From Tubiluchus corallicola (Eukaryota > Animalia > Priapulida): DNA of 64,000 nucleotides. Below, in pieces: positions 1 through 64,000 of this stretch. The notes beneath the pieces were generated by a model. It was not told the origin of the DNA and made no database searches. It worked only from the letters and a program-made list of their open reading frames with translations. The stretch lies in NCBI GenBank assembly GCA_030141605.1, contig JAQGDQ010000005.1, positions 1,674,180 through 1,738,179 of the forward strand. Direction: 5' to 3'. The position numbers and the translations under genes were made by a program. Numbering within the stretch: the stretch's first letter is position 1; each line of letters starts with the position of its first letter.

Positions 1-869
1 CTACCAATTCAGATTTTTAATCTTGGCAGCAAAAAGAAAAACAGATCTGCAGCTCAACAACCCGATCTCATGAAATTCTGAACCACTTATGAGTCACTAA
101 TATTTAATGAAAAATAATATGTAATCAATTGAAATTTACATACTGTAGGAATGTACAGTTACGATAATAAGCAGTAAGTGTACAACTTCCAGCTAGAGTA
201 TCAAATAACAACTACTTTATTGGACAAAACTAAGCATTCTGGATATCTCTATTTTTAATACAGTAGATGTTATCAAACTGACTTTTGTTAAATAAGTCTG
301 AAACTCCTTATTTTGTTATTGTTGGTAATCAAGTGCAATCTAAGAAAAGTTGGTTTGCAGCTCAATGATGTTTACCCAAATCTCTCCTTGCGGTAAAAGT
401 GTTAGTGCATTGTCTTAGTAAGTTATGAAGTATCTATTCAGATTTTTTTGTTTATATGGCACATATTTGGCTATATATGTTTTATTGGTTTAGGTATAGC
501 TTAAGGTCATCAGGATCCATATTCTCAAAGCTTTGTATGGTATGATTTTGTAGTCACCTAAAATGAAAAGCCTCAATATGTCTCAAATTGGTATTTTAGA
601 CAAGTGTTCTCAAAACAAACACCAAAGAAGTACACTGTGAGTGTCCTAAATAATATGATTGGGGACTTTTGAGCAAATAATCAACACAAAAGACCTTAGT
701 TGTGCAAGTGCTGATAATGATTTGCAATATGCTATAATGCTATATTTGCTAATATGATGTGCGAGACTGAGAAAAATCACATACATAAAAAGTAAATTTC
801 ATTATCTCTGTCTTTTATTAGCTTATCATCTTCTCACCTGAATCAGTATATGATTGGGTACAAGCTTAC

Positions 870-22742
<21,873 letters not shown>

Positions 22743-23402
22743 CTTAAAAACTTCACCCAAAATGCACTAATTACAACACACCGGTGCCGCAGCTCACTGC
22801 TACCTGTGGCACAACTTCCCAGGTAGCTAGCTGCAATTTTAGCGATGACTATTAATCCTAAATCGACAAAAATATTTCCATGTTGGTTGTGTCGAAATGG
22901 CAGCCTCTTGCAGATGATGCTGCTGCAGATTCACAACTTCGAAAGTAGACAGCCGTTTACGAACTATTTACAAATGATCAAAGTAGTGCACGCAAACGCT
23001 TGCAAAAATTAACTTTTTGGTATATCTAGCGTAAGTACGCAACATTTTTAAAGAAATCATGTTGATTTTCGAGCTAGCTAAATACACACTGTCCATAAAT
23101 TTAATCGCATGTTAGCTGAAAAACTCACACGGAGCGAAGTAATATGAATTATGCAGCGTTAAGCCACGCCTCCTCGCAACTTTTCCTATCTTGCGAACGC
23201 TATTGACGATCGCAGAGTAGGAAAGATTTGCATCGTCTTTCTGTTTCCATCAAAATACTCATGGCAGAAAAGTGACAAAAACGATAATTTAATCAAGGTT
23301 TGGCGTGTAAAGCGCAAAGGCTCGTTTGGCGACAGAAAGAGGCCTAAATCTGTGTATTTAGGTCTGAAAATTTGTTTGCATTTAACTTCATGGTCAAGCA
23401 AA
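22743..23402. promoter_or_regulatory. Shared bidirectional promoter and 5' UTRs of the head-to-head collagen IV pair
   Basis: 660 bp between divergent ATGs; CpG-rich relative to the gene bodies; GC-box-like GCCACGCCTCC at 23163-23173. Transcription start sites cannot be determined from sequence. Confidence 0.8.
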
Positions 23403-62487
<39,085 letters not shown>

Positions 62488-62878
62488 GATGTAGGAATTG
62501 TAATATATTAGCTTTTGTGTCAGCCAAAGATCATTTTTGTCACCATAAATTTTTTATACAAAGGCAGAAATATGTATGATAATTACATAGCTATGCATGC
62601 AAATATTACAAAAGATTAATGAATTCACTGGTGCTATGTTTACCGTAAATCGTAATCTATTGATTTTTACATAAATACTCTTTTAGTTTGATGTTGATGT
62701 ATTTCACTAAGCTGAATATATCATTTGTCCCATTGTACTATATCATATATTTAGGATATTGCTTGTTAAATATTGTATTGAATTTAATATTTCAGTCACG
62801 TGTTATTAGCTAGTCAAATGATTTTAGCAACAGAATTAGTGCCAATGTGTTCGAGTCTGTTATTATGTGTTTTGTTAT

Positions 62879-62884
62879 ATTAAA
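62879..62884 (+). terminator. Candidate polyadenylation signal (ATTAAA) of the alpha2-like gene
   Basis: About 390 nt after the stop, followed by GU-rich GTTGTTGGTCTGT; alternative AATAAA near 63868 and 63902. Confidence 0.35.
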
Positions 62885-64000
62885 ACACAAGTTGTTGGTC
62901 TGTATCACTGCCAAACTTATTTTGCCTCATCTCTTTTAGTACTGTACTAAAAAAGTACTAAACTCTTTACCGTACTTTACAAAAATCAGCAGTTTTTTTT
63001 TAATTTTTAACCTTTGGCAAGTGTTTTTATGTCTTTTTTGTTTTTTAACACTTTGGGGAGCTTAGTAATGCCTTAAAACAATCAATCATGACGTCTATAA
63101 AGAAAATTTTACAGTAAATTGAAATTAATACCTGTGATTGTAAGGTGTGGAATATCGCATTTTAAGATACCTGCATTTATGTGTATTTTAATTGTGACAT
63201 TATCTATAAGAGATGCTCAAAAATGAAGTAATTGGTTCCAGAACTCCGTGATGCTAGAAGTCATTTCTGTTGAATTAGTCCTGGCCAGATTTCCATACTA
63301 TGCTTGTTTTCCTAGTAGTTCATGAATGGAATGATAATGTCTGTGCAATAACTGGGTTTAACTTTGTGACTTTTAGAGCAAATAAACTGACAAACTTTAG
63401 TGTATTAGAATACTTTGATAAACTTACGAAGAAATTCTTGCTGTACCTCCGTCCCCCCGGAAGTCTGCACTTTTCTGGACAATGCTATTACAGTGTTCAG
63501 AAACGTGCGGATTTCTCATTGGGAAAGCTTCATTAATCTTTGCATGCATCTATTGTGATGTACATTTTTTGCTGGAAATCATCTTGGTCTCATGCTAACC
63601 ATAGAATAAACAGAAAGCAACTTTGCCAAATTAGCAAAACCCTGATTATATGTATATACAAGTGAAATCTGGGCGTAAGTGCATTTAGACTATGTGTGAG
63701 CATCATCCAACACAACTGCATTTACTTTGAATAATTTTACAGCAAAATGTCAAGAATTTAGTGGGGCAGTTACAGAGTTGCCTTTCCTTCATAGCTTTGA
63801 TTTGTCAAAGTCTAAATGAAACAAGTGCATCTCAAAATCTAATTATGATATCAGTACTGTTGTTATTAATAAATAGGTACAGAATATTGTAATTGTGGAT
63901 AAATAAATTGCTGCCTCACGTGATGTTAACTGTTATTTGCAGTTTCATTATATTATCTGTCATAATGTAAAACTAATCAGAACGCAAAGTATTGGGGTAC

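Noticed and set aside
63180-63600. Possible neighbouring gene downstream of the alpha2-like stop
   Set aside because: Frequent stops, only a short ORF, and no recognisable domain

Overview
AT-rich, intron-rich animal (invertebrate-type) genomic DNA carrying a head-to-head pair of basement-membrane type IV collagen genes, with about 660 bp between the two predicted start codons. The plus-strand alpha2(IV)-like gene appears complete: 40 coding exons from 23403 to 62487, about 1736 aa, comprising signal peptide, a charged N-terminal extension, 7S, interrupted Gly-X-Y and NC1, with a 16.7 kb second intron. The minus-strand alpha1(IV)-like gene starts at 22742 and runs off the left edge: 29 exons plus one candidate cassette exon, about 1070 aa visible, no NC1 in the window. 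The introns hold a decayed Academ-like DNA transposon, several MITEs, SINE/LINE remnants and tandem duplications. The most unusual observations are a probable 36-nt frame-preserving cassette microexon behind a GC donor that would switch a helix interruption on or off, a tandem duplication placing two stop-producing decoy acceptors ahead of a true exon, a decayed copy of NC1 coding sequence in the last intron, and an R/D/Y-rich N-terminal extension on the alpha2 chain. All exon models were read by eye from splice signals and Gly-X-Y frame continuity; there is no transcript support. No wholly new biological system could be established from sequence alone.
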